The translations under genes and the position numbers were made by a program. Under the pieces are notes generated by a model. That model was not told the origin of the DNA, did no database searches, and saw nothing but the letters and a program-made list of their open reading frames with translations. From assembly GCA_965246715.1 (NCBI GenBank), contig CBDFFH010000046.1, positions 54,227-118,226 on the forward strand: 64,000 nucleotides of DNA, given 5' to 3'. This DNA comes from Chamaesiphon sp. GTDB lineage: Bacteria; Cyanobacteriota; Cyanobacteriia; Cyanobacteriales; Chamaesiphonaceae. Below, in pieces: positions 18,553 to 29,846 of this stretch. Position 1 is the stretch's first letter; each line of letters starts with the position of its first letter.

Positions 18553-19812
18553 ATGAAAATTGTTAAAGTGGATGAGAGGGAACAATGTCGTTGCCTGTGT
18601 GCTGGGATATTACCAAACCATCGTTCCATGACCGGTGCATTACCACAGCAGTTTAAAACGCCTGTCGAGACCGCCACTACGCAACTAGAGCGATGGCGCG
18701 ATCGAGTCACCAGCCCAAACGATCCTCATTCATCACCCCCGACCGTGCCAAACGGCGATGGCGGGGAAATCCGACCGGAGCAAGCCGCTGTGCCAGCGAT
18801 CGCAAACGGCACAGATCGCGGCGGTTCAAAACAGATTTCTAGTATAGTGGCTCCAATTGTCGGTACGATCTTAGCCGAGCGTTATTCGATCCAGTCACTC
18901 TTGGGTCGAGGTGGTTTTGGCATTACTTTTTTGGCTCGAAATATCAATTTGCCCGGACAGCCGCCGTGTGTCATCAAGCAACTCGCACTCTCATCGACTG
19001 ATGAGCAGGAAATTGCTACGCTCCAGCACCAATTTTATCTCGAAGCAGCTACCTTGAGTAGATTGGGCAGTCACGCTCAGATTCCAACCCTACTCGATTA
19101 TTTCCACATCGATACCGATCTCTACTTGGTCGAAGAATATATTCCTGGCATCGTGCTATCGCAATCGATCGATCGCATCGCCACGAGATCGGAACAGAGT
19201 CAAACCAGATTTACAGAGCCACAAATCGAAGATTTTCTGTTCCAGATGTTGCGATTATTAGAATACATTCACAGTCATCGAACGATCCATCGCGATATCA
19301 AGCCGCAAAATATTATTCTCTGTCAAACCGATCGGCGGTTCGTACTGGTAGATTTTGGTGCGGTCAAAGATCTCAATGCTAGCACGACTCAATTGTCACA
19401 TCGATCCGATCTCAGTCGCTCGATCGGTACGCCTGGATTTGCCCCCCCAGAACAATTAGCCAATCGGACTGTCTATGCAAGCGATATCTACGCACTAGGA
19501 ATGACTTGTTTATATCTCTTAACTGGCAAAGAACCGAATCAGTTCCCGATCGATCCGTATACCTGCGAACTCGTATGGGCAGATACTGTGGAAATTAGCC
19601 CGAGTTTGAGTGAGATAATCAGGAAAACGATCCAAGTTTCTTTGACCGATCGGTATCAGTCAGCTAGTGAAGTGCTAAATGCTTTGGATAATCGATCGGT
19701 CCGCACGACATTAAAAGTATATCTAGACCAAAAATATGCGATCTCTAAAACTGAATCGATCGGTTCTCAACTAACTTATCCCGCAGTCATCGATTGGGCG
19801 TTGGGAATTTAA
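18553..19812 (+). CDS. Ser/Thr protein kinase (true start possibly 18628)
   Basis: LGRGGFG, CVIK, HRDIKPQN, DFG, GTPGFAPPEQ. Confidence 0.92.
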   Translation: MKIVKVDEREQCRCLCAGILPNHRSMTGALPQQFKTPVETATTQLERWRDRVTSPNDPHSSPPTVPNGDGGEIRPEQAAVPAIANGTDRGGSKQISSIVAPIVGTILAERYSIQSLLGRGGFGITFLARNINLPGQPPCVIKQLALSSTDEQEIATLQHQFYLEAATLSRLGSHAQIPTLLDYFHIDTDLYLVEEYIPGIVLSQSIDRIATRSEQSQTRFTEPQIEDFLFQMLRLLEYIHSHRTIHRDIKPQNIILCQTDRRFVLVDFGAVKDLNASTTQLSHRSDLSRSIGTPGFAPPEQLANRTVYASDIYALGMTCLYLLTGKEPNQFPIDPYTCELVWADTVEISPSLSEIIRKTIQVSLTDRYQSASEVLNALDNRSVRTTLKVYLDQKYAISKTESIGSQLTYPAVIDWALGI

Positions 19813-20177
19813 TCTTTCCCGCAGCCTTGGAAATACACCAAAACTATCGATCGACATTCGCTATTTATCTTTACTGCAACGTCTAGGGTATACCTAAAGA
19901 TTCGATCTAATTCCAAAATCAGATATATGATGGCTATGAAAATGCCAACGATTGAAACCGCTGGAGTGGTAGGTAGCAACCTGGGTTAGAGATAGCTGGC
20001 ACTGAGGCTGGGATTGATTTAGAGAGATATGAGGATGTGGATAATAGCTGGCTCGAACAGGAAAACTTTTAAAGATCGATCGGGTCACAAATTGCGATGA
20101 GATTGGGTCTAAATGTAATGTAAAGGGGACTATTGATTTTTCTTGTTTCGTGTCGATCGATAATTTAGTGATTTTTT

Positions 20178-20537
20178 ATGGACGTTATTCAACTTACGGG
20201 GATTCACTGTTACGGTTATACTGGCTACTTACAAGAGGAAAGAATTTTGGGGCAGTGGTTCGAAGTGGATCTGCGGCTGTGGCTGGATTTGGCGACTGCC
20301 GGTAAAAGCGATCGGATTGAAGATACGCTCGACTATCGGGGCATTATTGCCGATGTGAAGGAGATTGTCTCGACGGCAAAATTTTCGCTCGTGGAAAAAC
20401 TTGCCGATACGATCGTGACCACAGCCCTAAAAGACGATCGCGTGCAGCAAGTAGAGTTGAAGCTGCACAAACCTGGCGCGCCAATTCCGGAATTCGGCGG
20501 TAGGATTACGATCGAATTAACCCGACGTAAAACCTAG
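20178..20537 (+). CDS. folB: Dihydroneopterin aldolase
   Basis: YGYTGYLQEERILGQWFEVDL, DRIEDTLDY, LVEKLA, KPGAPIP. Confidence 0.93.
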   Translation: MDVIQLTGIHCYGYTGYLQEERILGQWFEVDLRLWLDLATAGKSDRIEDTLDYRGIIADVKEIVSTAKFSLVEKLADTIVTTALKDDRVQQVELKLHKPGAPIPEFGGRITIELTRRKT

Positions 20538-20672
20538 ATAATCGCCAGACTCGATCGAGGGTGCAGATCCGATTGTATATTTCGGTATCCCGCCCGATCG
20601 ACTAGATCGGCGATCGGGTAGGCTAGAAATCGAGCATATAATTCTTTAGTATTAGTACTGACGAGGGGATCT

Positions 20673-22133
20673 ATGACTGTAAGATTGCAACGTCCGCTTT
20701 TGGTAGGAGGAGTTGGGCTGACATTGGGTTTATGGGGCTTGGATAGCGCCTACCATAGTCTCTCTGGTGTGGGCGATTGGTTGACGTTGGGCACGCTCGC
20801 CGCTGGGGGTGGTTATTGGTGGTACTCTCGTCAGGGTCGTAAAGTCAATGTAGCACCGAGTCCCAAAGAGATCGATCGCAGCATTCTCGATCGGGCGATC
20901 GCTCAAGTAGAATTAACGATCGGTCAACTCGCTGTGGAAAGTCCCCAATCGCTACAGATCGATCGACTCAAACAGCAATTAACTCAGGCTAAGGCCACTC
21001 TAACTCGACCAGCGCTACAGATTGCCATTACTGGTGGGCAACGAGTAGGTAAGAGTAGCTTGATGCAACTACTTACCACGGTACCAGTAGCCTCGGCAAA
21101 GCCCCTCAGATATACGGAGACTCCAGCGCTATTTACTAGCGGTGCAGACGCTAGCGCGATCGAAACTAAAGCCAAGCAAATCGCTCTCGATGCAGATCTA
21201 GTCTTATTCCTCACCAATGGCGATCTGACGGCTACCGAATATAAGTATCTAGCAACACTCCACCAAGCGCGTCAGCGGGTCATTTTATTACTAAATCAAA
21301 TCGATCGCTATTTACCCGACGAGCGCAATCTAATTCTCCAAAAACTCCAATCGACAGTTACCGATATGCTGCCCCTACAGGATATCCTCACTATTAGTAC
21401 CGCACCCGCACCTGTAAAAGTTCGCAAAATCCAAGCAGATGGTAGTGCGATCGAAACTTTAGAAACTCCACCAGTCGAGATTGCCAGTCTCGATCGACAG
21501 CTTACACAAGTACTGGCTACCGAAGGCGAAAAATTGGTCTGGGCGACTACCTATCGTCAGATCGCCAGCGTGCAAACTGAAGCAAAAGCCGCACTCAACA
21601 AAGTCAGACGCGATCGGGCCTTACCGACGATCGACCAAAATCAGTGGATCGTTGCCGCTGCTGCCTTTGCCAATCCAGTACCCGCGCTAGATTTACTCGC
21701 TACCGCTGCGGTTAATGCCCAAATGGTCGTCGATTTGGGCGCAATTTACCAACAAAAATTCTCGATCGACCAAGCTCAAGCTGCTGCTGGTGCGTTGGGA
21801 AATGTGATCTTGAAACTCGGACTAGTCGAACTCTGCACTCAAACAGTGGCAGGCGTACTCAAAACTAATGCCGTAACTTATGTTGCTGGCGGCTTGGTGC
21901 AAGGATTGAGTGCTGCTTATCTCACCCGCATTGCTGGCTTAACCCTAATTGAATATCTCGAAGCGCAAGATCTCGTTGCTGCCGAACCAGCCAGAGCATG
22001 GAATCTCGATCTCTTGGGTAATACCCTCCAAAAGGTCTTCCAAGCTAACCAACGCGTTGCTTATATCCAAACTGTCGTCAAGCAAGGAATCGATCGGTTG
22101 ATGCCAGATGGTAAGGCTGCTGGAGTAGCGTAA
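20673..22133 (+). CDS. GTPase-like/DUF697 (YcjF-related) membrane protein
   Basis: GGQRVGKSS P-loop-like motif; ANPVPALDLLATAAVNAQMV.DLG.IY C-terminal domain. Confidence 0.75.
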   Translation: MTVRLQRPLLVGGVGLTLGLWGLDSAYHSLSGVGDWLTLGTLAAGGGYWWYSRQGRKVNVAPSPKEIDRSILDRAIAQVELTIGQLAVESPQSLQIDRLKQQLTQAKATLTRPALQIAITGGQRVGKSSLMQLLTTVPVASAKPLRYTETPALFTSGADASAIETKAKQIALDADLVLFLTNGDLTATEYKYLATLHQARQRVILLLNQIDRYLPDERNLILQKLQSTVTDMLPLQDILTISTAPAPVKVRKIQADGSAIETLETPPVEIASLDRQLTQVLATEGEKLVWATTYRQIASVQTEAKAALNKVRRDRALPTIDQNQWIVAAAAFANPVPALDLLATAAVNAQMVVDLGAIYQQKFSIDQAQAAAGALGNVILKLGLVELCTQTVAGVLKTNAVTYVAGGLVQGLSAAYLTRIAGLTLIEYLEAQDLVAAEPARAWNLDLLGNTLQKVFQANQRVAYIQTVVKQGIDRLMPDGKAAGVA

Positions 22134-22179
22134 ACAGGGGTTAGGGGATCGGGAATGGCGAGCTGTACTTTATAATTCC

Positions 22180-23052
22180 TTACCCTCTCTCTCTAACCAA
22201 TCGATCGAGTTCTAGTTGCATTTGGGTTTCAACTACAGCGTAACAACGATCGACATAATCTCGATCGTTGGCAGCCGCGCGACCGTAGCGATCGAATTCG
22301 ATCGGTTGGCAGACGCGATTGTGAATTTGGGTGGGTAGCGGAAAGTTGGGCAATGGCCCAAAACTAATGCCCCAAGGCAAACCTAGATAAATGGGAAAGA
22401 CTACCGGATCGATCCCAAATAGCCAAGGTACGCCGCGATCGTGGAGTTGTTCTAATAAAGGGTAAAGATCTGCAAGCACGATTAAACCTTCATGAGCGCC
22501 GAGCGATACTACTGGGACGATCGGTGCGCGTTCGCGTAAGGCCACTTTGATAAACCCCTTGCGTCCGGCTAACTCGATTTTGTGCCGGCGGCTGAAGGGT
22601 CTAAATACATCCTCAGCGCCGCCTGGGTAGACCAAGACAGCCGCTTCGCGTTGGAGTGCTGCCATTGCCATCTTGGGGTGAGCTACTACGGCTCCAGCCT
22701 GCACTGCTAGTTTTGATACCGGGCCAAAATACTGCCACACCCCAGGGTGTGCCAATCCATAAGCAAGACGTTCGGTGCCATAGCGATTGAACCAGTCGTA
22801 CATCAACATAAACATATCTGGAGCCGCCAACCCCCCATTGTGGGAACCAACGACCAACGTGCGTCCCCGAGCGGGAACGTGTTCCCAGCCATCGGTAGTT
22901 ACCTGAAAATAGTGCTCGTACAACCACTTCCAAGTTGGCATCAAAACTTCATAGATAACCTGTGGATCGCGATCGGTTAGAGACCAGCCATCATATTTAT
23001 GTTCGGGATCGATTTTTGCTTGGGCGAGCAGGTGCTGAAAAAAATTTAACAA
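22180..23052 (-). CDS. Lysophospholipid/glycerolipid acyltransferase family protein
   Basis: LVVGSHNGGLAAPD, LVYPGGAED, GRKGFIKVAL, PIVPV. Confidence 0.88.
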   Translation of the reverse strand: MLNFFQHLLAQAKIDPEHKYDGWSLTDRDPQVIYEVLMPTWKWLYEHYFQVTTDGWEHVPARGRTLVVGSHNGGLAAPDMFMLMYDWFNRYGTERLAYGLAHPGVWQYFGPVSKLAVQAGAVVAHPKMAMAALQREAAVLVYPGGAEDVFRPFSRRHKIELAGRKGFIKVALRERAPIVPVVSLGAHEGLIVLADLYPLLEQLHDRGVPWLFGIDPVVFPIYLGLPWGISFGPLPNFPLPTQIHNRVCQPIEFDRYGRAAANDRDYVDRCYAVVETQMQLELDRLVRERG

Positions 23053-23398
23053 TTGTCTGGAGCGGGGGCTGATAATTTGCAGTCAGGCAGGTATTATATC
23101 GCGATTGATTCTACTGAAGTGATACTATTTTGGATTTTGGATTGGGGAAGTCAGGCTGTCTCTGGAGTCGATCGACCCATCTGTCAAGAGCGTTTTTTAA
23201 ATTGGTCTGAATCCATCTGCTGCTGTCGATCGAATACGCGCGATCGGATCGTAGGATTGCAACGGGAACGATCGGTAATACCTAGCTTCATAAATCATCA
23301 TCTCAGTCGATCGAACTCAAATTTTAAAATTCTTTTCAAAATGCTTGCGTAGTTAGCTATGATTTGCTATATTAGTCAAGTTGCCAAATTTTCCACAA

Positions 23399-23471
<73 letters not shown>

Positions 23472-23645
23472 TTAGACAATTTAGATCTATTGAGACCTAG
23501 ATTATTTTAATTCAAAACTCCAGATAATTTAGTTCTGCATTAAGGTAGCATTCGTTGCATTTAGCTACTCAGATGCCGAGCGATATTGCGATCTGATAAG
23601 TTTAGATGGATGCAAGTGTGAAATGGTCGAGGAATTAGTAGAACG

Positions 23646-25421
23646 ATGGCATTAATCGTACAGAAATATGGGGGCACATCGGTTGGTTCCGCCGAGCGGA
23701 TTCAAGCAGTCGCGCAAAGAGTAGTAGATACAGTCAAAGCTGGAAACGATCTGGTAGTCGTCGTCTCGGCCATGGGCAAGACCACTGATGGTTTAGTTAA
23801 GTTGGCAAAAGAGTTGTCTGATAATCCTGCCCGTCGGGAATTGGACATGTTAATGGCGACTGGCGAACAAGTCACGATCGCATTATTGAGCATTGCCATT
23901 CAAGAATTGGGACAGCCAGCAATTTCCTTGACAGGCGCTCAAGTCGGCATCATTACTGAAGCAGAACACACGCGGGCGCGAATCTTAGAAATTAAACCCG
24001 ATCGGATCGAACGTCATCTCAAAGAAGGTAAAGTGGTTGTCGTTGCTGGATTTCAGGGCGTGAGCAGCACCCCCGATCGTGAGATCACGACGCTGGGCAG
24101 AGGTGGTTCGGATACTTCGGCTGTCGCGATCGCGGCGGCACTTAAAGCTAGTGCCTGTGAGATTTATACTGACGTACCAGGGATATTGACAACCGACCCC
24201 CGCATCGTTCCTGAAGCCCAATTACTCAGCGAAATTACTGCTGATGAGATGCTAGAGTTAGCCAGTTTAGGCGCGAAAGTATTGCATCCGCGCGCTGTTG
24301 AAATTGCCAGAAATTATGGGGTACCGCTGGTGGTGCGATCGAGTTGGACTGACGAACCGGGTACTTGGGTGGTATCTCCCATTCCCCAACCGCGATCTTT
24401 GACTGGTTTAGAAATCGCTCGCGCTGTAGATGCTGTAGAATTTGCCTCAAATCAAGCCAAAATTGCGATCTTACGGGTACCCGATCGAGCGGGGATTGCT
24501 GGACAATTATTTGGTGCGGTGGCGACCGAACGCGTCGATGTCGATTTGATCGTGCAGTCGATTAATGCCGGAAATACCAATGATATTGCCTTTACTGTCA
24601 ACAAACAGGCGATCGAACGCGCCCAGGCGGTCGCTGAAGCCGTCGCGCCCGTCTTACACGATCGATCTACACCCAGCAATGCTGAGGTGTTCGTAGCGAC
24701 CGATATTGCCAAGGTCAGTATCTCTGGCGCAGGGATGATCGGGAGACCAGGTGTAGCCGCCCAAATGTTTAAAACGCTGGCAGCTGCTGGGGTAAATATT
24801 CAGATGATTTCGACTTCAGAAATCAAAGTAAGCTGCGTCATTCCCAACCAAGATTGCGATCGCGCGATCGCCGCATTGTGTCGAGAGTTTGAAATTTCTA
24901 CTTCCACCACCGAACTAGCCCCAACCAAACCAGCAACGACCATCCCAGTGCGTGGCGTTGCCCTCGATCTCAATCAAGCCAGATTAGCCGTGCGCCATGT
25001 CCCCGATCTGCCAGGGCAAGCTGCGAAGCTGTTTGGGATTTTGGCAGCGCATAATATTAGTGTGGATACGATCATCCAGTCTCAACGCACATCGATCGTC
25101 GATGGTGTTGCCATGCGGGATATCGCCTGCACGGTGGCGCAAGCAGATGCCGCTGATGCCAAGCGATTACTCGAATCTTCCGCACTGCAATTGGGTTGTG
25201 GGGAAGTCGTTGTCGATGAAGCGATCGCTAAAGTTAGCATTGTCGGTGCAGGAATGATCGGCAAACCTGGTGTCGCTGCCCAGATGTTTAATTCTCTAGC
25301 TGCTGCGAGAATTAACATCCAAATGATTGCGACTTCCGAGATTAAAATTAGTTGCGTTGTCGCGCAGGAACAAGGTGTCGATGCTCTCAAAGCCGTGCAT
25401 CGGGCATTTGGGTTGGGGTAA
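23646..25421 (+). CDS. lysC: Aspartate kinase (cyanobacterial long form with multiple ACT domains)
   Basis: [38 protein letters not shown]; duplicated IQMI.TSEIK.S. Confidence 0.97.
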   Translation: MALIVQKYGGTSVGSAERIQAVAQRVVDTVKAGNDLVVVVSAMGKTTDGLVKLAKELSDNPARRELDMLMATGEQVTIALLSIAIQELGQPAISLTGAQVGIITEAEHTRARILEIKPDRIERHLKEGKVVVVAGFQGVSSTPDREITTLGRGGSDTSAVAIAAALKASACEIYTDVPGILTTDPRIVPEAQLLSEITADEMLELASLGAKVLHPRAVEIARNYGVPLVVRSSWTDEPGTWVVSPIPQPRSLTGLEIARAVDAVEFASNQAKIAILRVPDRAGIAGQLFGAVATERVDVDLIVQSINAGNTNDIAFTVNKQAIERAQAVAEAVAPVLHDRSTPSNAEVFVATDIAKVSISGAGMIGRPGVAAQMFKTLAAAGVNIQMISTSEIKVSCVIPNQDCDRAIAALCREFEISTSTTELAPTKPATTIPVRGVALDLNQARLAVRHVPDLPGQAAKLFGILAAHNISVDTIIQSQRTSIVDGVAMRDIACTVAQADAADAKRLLESSALQLGCGEVVVDEAIAKVSIVGAGMIGKPGVAAQMFNSLAAARINIQMIATSEIKISCVVAQEQGVDALKAVHRAFGLG

Positions 25422-25440
25422 TCTGATGATTGCGTAGTCC

Positions 25441-25585
25441 CGACCCACCCCACCCTGCGGGCACCCCTCTCTTGAAAAGGTGCTCCACTTGCGGAGTTGG
25501 GTCGGATGGGTTCCCCATCCGTGACCCATACCCAAGCAGGGGAAACACCCCAAGACTGCACTTTTCGCTCCTTGGAGGGGAATTT
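25441..25585. repeat. Three-level nested small repeat composite
   Basis: REP-like unit (compare 31720-31761) interrupted at CT by a ~50-bp hairpin element (compare 48536-48584), itself interrupted by a second one (25492-25537). Confidence 0.7.
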
Positions 25586-25632
25586 TAGCCAGAAGTATAA
25601 GGATATTAATAACTAATAGCTAGTAACAAAGA

Positions 25633-26169
25633 GTGGGTTTAGAGGTAAATATTAGTCCGATATCTGTGGAGGCGATCGATTCGATTTTAATCCTCGATCG
25701 CTTGTGCTTTGGTGGATTATGGTCGATCGATAGTTACCGTCGTGAATTAGAAAATGAAAACAGTCATTTCTTGGCAGTAACCGTCGATCGGCATCTAGAG
25801 CCTGAAACTGAAGGCATCATCGGTTTTGGGTGTTTTTGGGCGATTTTAGATGAAGCACACATTACATTATTAGGCATTCATCCACGCTATCAAGGACGTG
25901 GGTTGGGGCAATTATTGTTGTGTGCTTTGCTCGATCGAGCGCGCGAAGTCGAAATGGCCCGAGCGACGCTCGAAGTCCGCGAGTCCAATCAGGGCGCGAT
26001 TCATATCTATGAAAAATATGGATTCCAATTTGTCGGACGGCGCAAGAAATATTATCAAGATACGAATGAGGATGGGGTAATTATGTGGCGGGGCGGTTTA
26101 CAGCATCCCCATTTTCCCCAAGTTATTCATGACTGGACGATGCAGATTCGTGACAGGATCGATCTCTAG
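25633..26169 (+). CDS. rimI: Ribosomal protein S18 alanine N-acetyltransferase
   Basis: ILDEAHITLLGIHP.YQGRGLG, ATLEVRESN, YEKYGF...GRRKKYY. Confidence 0.93.
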   Translation: MGLEVNISPISVEAIDSILILDRLCFGGLWSIDSYRRELENENSHFLAVTVDRHLEPETEGIIGFGCFWAILDEAHITLLGIHPRYQGRGLGQLLLCALLDRAREVEMARATLEVRESNQGAIHIYEKYGFQFVGRRKKYYQDTNEDGVIMWRGGLQHPHFPQVIHDWTMQIRDRIDL

Positions 26170-26643
26170 ACTTCATAAGGATCGGTCGCTGTCGATCGAA
26201 TCGTAGTTGTTTTAACAGTGTCAACTTAAAAATCGCTGTTAAAATAAGACTGTTTGTAAATTTAGGCTCGTTACGGTTACCTACCATCCCACTCGTTGAA
26301 AATATCTCTGTGAAATAGGATCGCGGCGGCAGAATATTTTTACTTACAGCAACAGACGATCGCGTGAAATCACAATTACGATCGACGATCGATTTTTGGC
26401 AGCCACCGCAATTTGAAGATTCAAATAGATCGATCCGAGTGTCACAGGTCAAGATTCCCTAACAGAGAGGCTGTTGTAAAGGCAAAGGCTCAGCCAATGC
26501 CAACGACTAGCACTAAATTATTTAAAGGTCGATTATCTTTTGCGCAATCGAGAGCAAGCGGAGTGTAGTAATTAGAGCGATAAATATCGATCGAGAATTA
26601 GCATCTAATTTCACTAACTAAACCGATTTATGTACGGAGTGTC

Positions 26644-27516
26644 ATGCGGATCCTAAAACTCAAACTACCTCGATTCTATTTCAGAGCGGTTCCGCTAACG
26701 ATCCAACTCATCCTCGCAACCTGCGTCTTACTCTTTCTCACTAGTATTTACGCTCACAAGATCGAACCAAATTGGCTGGAAGTCAAGCAGATTGAGATTA
26801 CCTTGCCTAATTTGGCTCGGGAATTTACAGGTTATCGGATCGTCCAACTTACCGATTTTCACATTGGCGATGGGATCGATCGTGCCCAATTGACTAAAAT
26901 CGTCAAGGCTGTTAACGCTCAAAAACCAGATCTCATCGTACTTACAGGCGATTATATAACTAGAAACCCAGAACTTCAATCCAAATTATTAACTAGCACG
27001 CTAGCCGGATTTCACGCACGCGATCGCACTCTTGCCGTTCTTGGCAATCATGATGTTTTTGATGATAATGGCCCATCAGTAAGGCGCGCGATCGTTAAGT
27101 CTGGAATTACGCTCTTAGAAAATACCATCTACACGGCAAAACGCGATCGCGCGATACTTCACATTGCTGGAGTCGGAGATGTTTGGTATGGAGCGGCTAA
27201 AATCGATAAAGTGCTAGCCCAACTCCCGCAAACAGGTGCCGCCATCATGCTCGCTCACGAGCCAGATTTTGCCGATGAAACTGCAGCAACCGGAAGATTT
27301 GGACTGCAATTGTCGGGACATTCGCATGGTGGACAAGTACGGATTCCATTCTTTAAGAAAAAATATCCACCCTACGGGCACAAATATCCGATCGGTCGCT
27401 ATCAAGTCGGCGAGATGATTCAATATACAAGTCGTGGAGTCGGCTTTCCAGGCGTTCACGCTCGGTTTAACTGTCGTCCAGAAATTTCAGTGTTTAGTCT
27501 GGTGGCTGGTAGTTAG
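26644..27516 (+). CDS. Metallophosphoesterase (YkuE-like)
   Basis: DFH, GDY, GNHD, LAHEPD, LSGHSHGGQ. Confidence 0.92.
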   Translation: MRILKLKLPRFYFRAVPLTIQLILATCVLLFLTSIYAHKIEPNWLEVKQIEITLPNLAREFTGYRIVQLTDFHIGDGIDRAQLTKIVKAVNAQKPDLIVLTGDYITRNPELQSKLLTSTLAGFHARDRTLAVLGNHDVFDDNGPSVRRAIVKSGITLLENTIYTAKRDRAILHIAGVGDVWYGAAKIDKVLAQLPQTGAAIMLAHEPDFADETAATGRFGLQLSGHSHGGQVRIPFFKKKYPPYGHKYPIGRYQVGEMIQYTSRGVGFPGVHARFNCRPEISVFSLVAGS

Positions 27517-27611
27517 AGATTGGGGTTTAGGATGTATGTTGGTGACGGTGGAGTCAGCGGTCGGGTATCATACGATCTAAGCAAGATATCACTCCTCAAG
27601 GATTCAAGTAC

Positions 27612-29060
27612 ATGGCATCTATTCGCGAGTTGCATCAACAGCTTGTTAGCAAACAACGATCGGCAGTAGAAATCGCCACAGAAGCGATCGATCGCGTCAA
27701 TAAACTCGAACCACAACTTCGCAGTTTCCTTTGCACCACGCCTACGCAAGCCCTCGCACAGGCACAATTAGTAGATGCCAAAATTGCCGCAGGCGAAGAA
27801 ATCGGATTATTAGCCGGAATTCCGATCGCGCTCAAAGATAATATGTGTACCAAGGGCATCCAAACGACCTGCGGTTCCAAGATTTTAGAAGGTTTCGTGC
27901 CGCCCTATGAGTCCACTGTGACCCAAAAACTGCAAGACTTAGGCGCAGTATCCCTCGGTAAAACCAACCTCGATGAATTTGCGATGGGCAGTTCTACCGA
28001 AAATTCTGCCTATCAAATCACTGCCAATCCCTGGGATTTAGAACGCGTTCCTGGCGGTTCGTCTGGTGGTTCTGCTGCGGCGGTAGCGGGGGGAGAATGC
28101 GTGGTCTCGCTCGGTTCCGATACTGGTGGCTCGATTCGTCAACCAGCAGCCTTTTGTGGCGTGGTGGGGCTAAAACCAACATATGGATTGGTATCGCGGT
28201 TTGGGCTGGTGGCATATGCATCTTCATTGGATCAAATCGGGCCATTTGCGCGGACGGTGGAAGATGCGGCGATCTTGTTAGAAGCAATCGCAGGGTACGA
28301 TCCAAAAGACTCAACTAGTCTCAAAGTCGAGATTCCCAAATACTCCCAATTACTCACGCCCGATTTACCCAAAGGCTTGAAAATCGGCATCATCACCGAA
28401 ACCTTTGGCGAAGGATTAGATCCGCAAGTAGCTGAGTCAGTCCGCAACGCGATCGAGCATTTTCGATCGCTCGGTGCGGAAGTCCAAGAAATTTCCTGTC
28501 CCCGCTTCCGCTACGGCTTGCCCACTTATTACGTGATCGCCCCTTCTGAAGCATCCGCGAATCTCGCCCGTTACGATGGCGTGAAATACGGCTTTAGAGC
28601 CGAGGCGGACAATCTAATGGCGATGTATATCCAAACCAGAGCCGCCGGATTTGGGGCGGAAGTCAAACGCCGGATCATGCTGGGAACCTACGCGCTGTCA
28701 GCGGGTTATTACGATGCCTATTATCTCAAGGCACAAAAGGTGCGAACGCTAATTAAAGAAGACTTTGAAGCAGCATTCAGTCAGGTGGATATTCTCATCA
28801 CGCCAACCGCACCGACAACAGCATTTAAAGCTGGCGAAAAAACTGCCGATCCGTTGAGCATGTATCTCTCGGATTTGATGACTATTCCGGTGAATCTCGC
28901 TGGCTTACCAGGGATTAGTATTCCCTGCGGTTTCGATGATAAAGGAATGCCGATCGGATTGCAATTACTCAGTAATGTGTTGCGTGAGGATCTATTATTA
29001 CAAGTTGCGCATGTTTACGAGCAGTCGAATGACTGGTATAAGCGATCGCCTGGATTGTAG
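27612..29060 (+). CDS. gatA: Glu/Asp-tRNA amidotransferase subunit A
   Basis: [47 protein letters not shown]. Confidence 0.98.
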   Translation: MASIRELHQQLVSKQRSAVEIATEAIDRVNKLEPQLRSFLCTTPTQALAQAQLVDAKIAAGEEIGLLAGIPIALKDNMCTKGIQTTCGSKILEGFVPPYESTVTQKLQDLGAVSLGKTNLDEFAMGSSTENSAYQITANPWDLERVPGGSSGGSAAAVAGGECVVSLGSDTGGSIRQPAAFCGVVGLKPTYGLVSRFGLVAYASSLDQIGPFARTVEDAAILLEAIAGYDPKDSTSLKVEIPKYSQLLTPDLPKGLKIGIITETFGEGLDPQVAESVRNAIEHFRSLGAEVQEISCPRFRYGLPTYYVIAPSEASANLARYDGVKYGFRAEADNLMAMYIQTRAAGFGAEVKRRIMLGTYALSAGYYDAYYLKAQKVRTLIKEDFEAAFSQVDILITPTAPTTAFKAGEKTADPLSMYLSDLMTIPVNLAGLPGISIPCGFDDKGMPIGLQLLSNVLREDLLLQVAHVYEQSNDWYKRSPGL

Positions 29061-29247
29061 AAAATTTGGAATAGAGTAAGCAATGTCTACTCTATTTCGA
29101 TCGTCATCGATTCAAGAAAATGCTATTTAAAGTTAGCAATAAAAATCTTTAACCTATCTTTTAGCCCACATTTCGCTAATTGAAGGGGCGATCGGAGAAT
29201 TAAAGTCGATGGAGTTATTAGTATTTTTGGTCGCTAGACCTAATAAC

Positions 29248-29424
29248 TAACGTGAGTTCGGGATAAAAATCTTTGCTTCGTTCCAGCACCGCCGCCGATT
29301 GAAATCGGGGCTAACATTACAAAGTCCGCGAAGGCGGACTGATATCTTAGTCCGCCTTCGCGGACTTTGCATCATGAGCCGAGACTTCTAGTCGCTAGGC
29401 AATTCTTATCCCGAACTGACGTTA
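29248..29424. mobile_element. MITE-like element with the same internal REP-like palindrome but different inverted ends
   Basis: taacgtgagttcgggataa ... ttatcccgaactgacgtta; internal caaagtccgcgaaggcggact / agtccgccttcgcggactttg. Confidence 0.7.
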
Positions 29425-29432
29425 ACTAGATC

Positions 29433-29559
29433 TATAGCAATCCTAAATGAGAATCTAAAGTTTTAGTACAAGTTCACTATGCTTTAATCTTTATTCATCA
29501 ATGGTTTGAAGTGTAAGCAGATGTACTAATTTAACAGAAAATCAAATAGGATCGCTATA
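29433..29559. mobile_element. AT-rich MITE-like element
   Basis: tatagcaatcctaaatga ... tcaaataggatcgctata (15/18 inverted match). Confidence 0.55.
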
Positions 29560-29846
29560 TGTCATTGAATTGTTGGGGTTGTCTTGCGACCCCAACAACA
29601 TAAAGGATTTGTTTTAAACCCGAAATAGATAGTCGTTCATTGTCTATATCCTGTAGAGCTGCTGTCAGAACAGATGCATTATTCCCGATTTCGGTCGATC
29701 GACTGTGAAAAAAGTCACGGATAGATAAGTACTTTATGACTAGTAATGTTAGGAAGATCGTGTCTATCTCAATGGAGATTCGACTTCTAGAATTAAGGAA
29801 TAAGCTTAGTTTCTAGTATTCAAATCAGATCTAAACGGGGGCAGTA

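Noticed and set aside
26455..26512. Possible riboswitch upstream of the metallophosphoesterase
   Set aside because: Some pairing potential, but I could not match it to any riboswitch consensus; needs an Rfam scan
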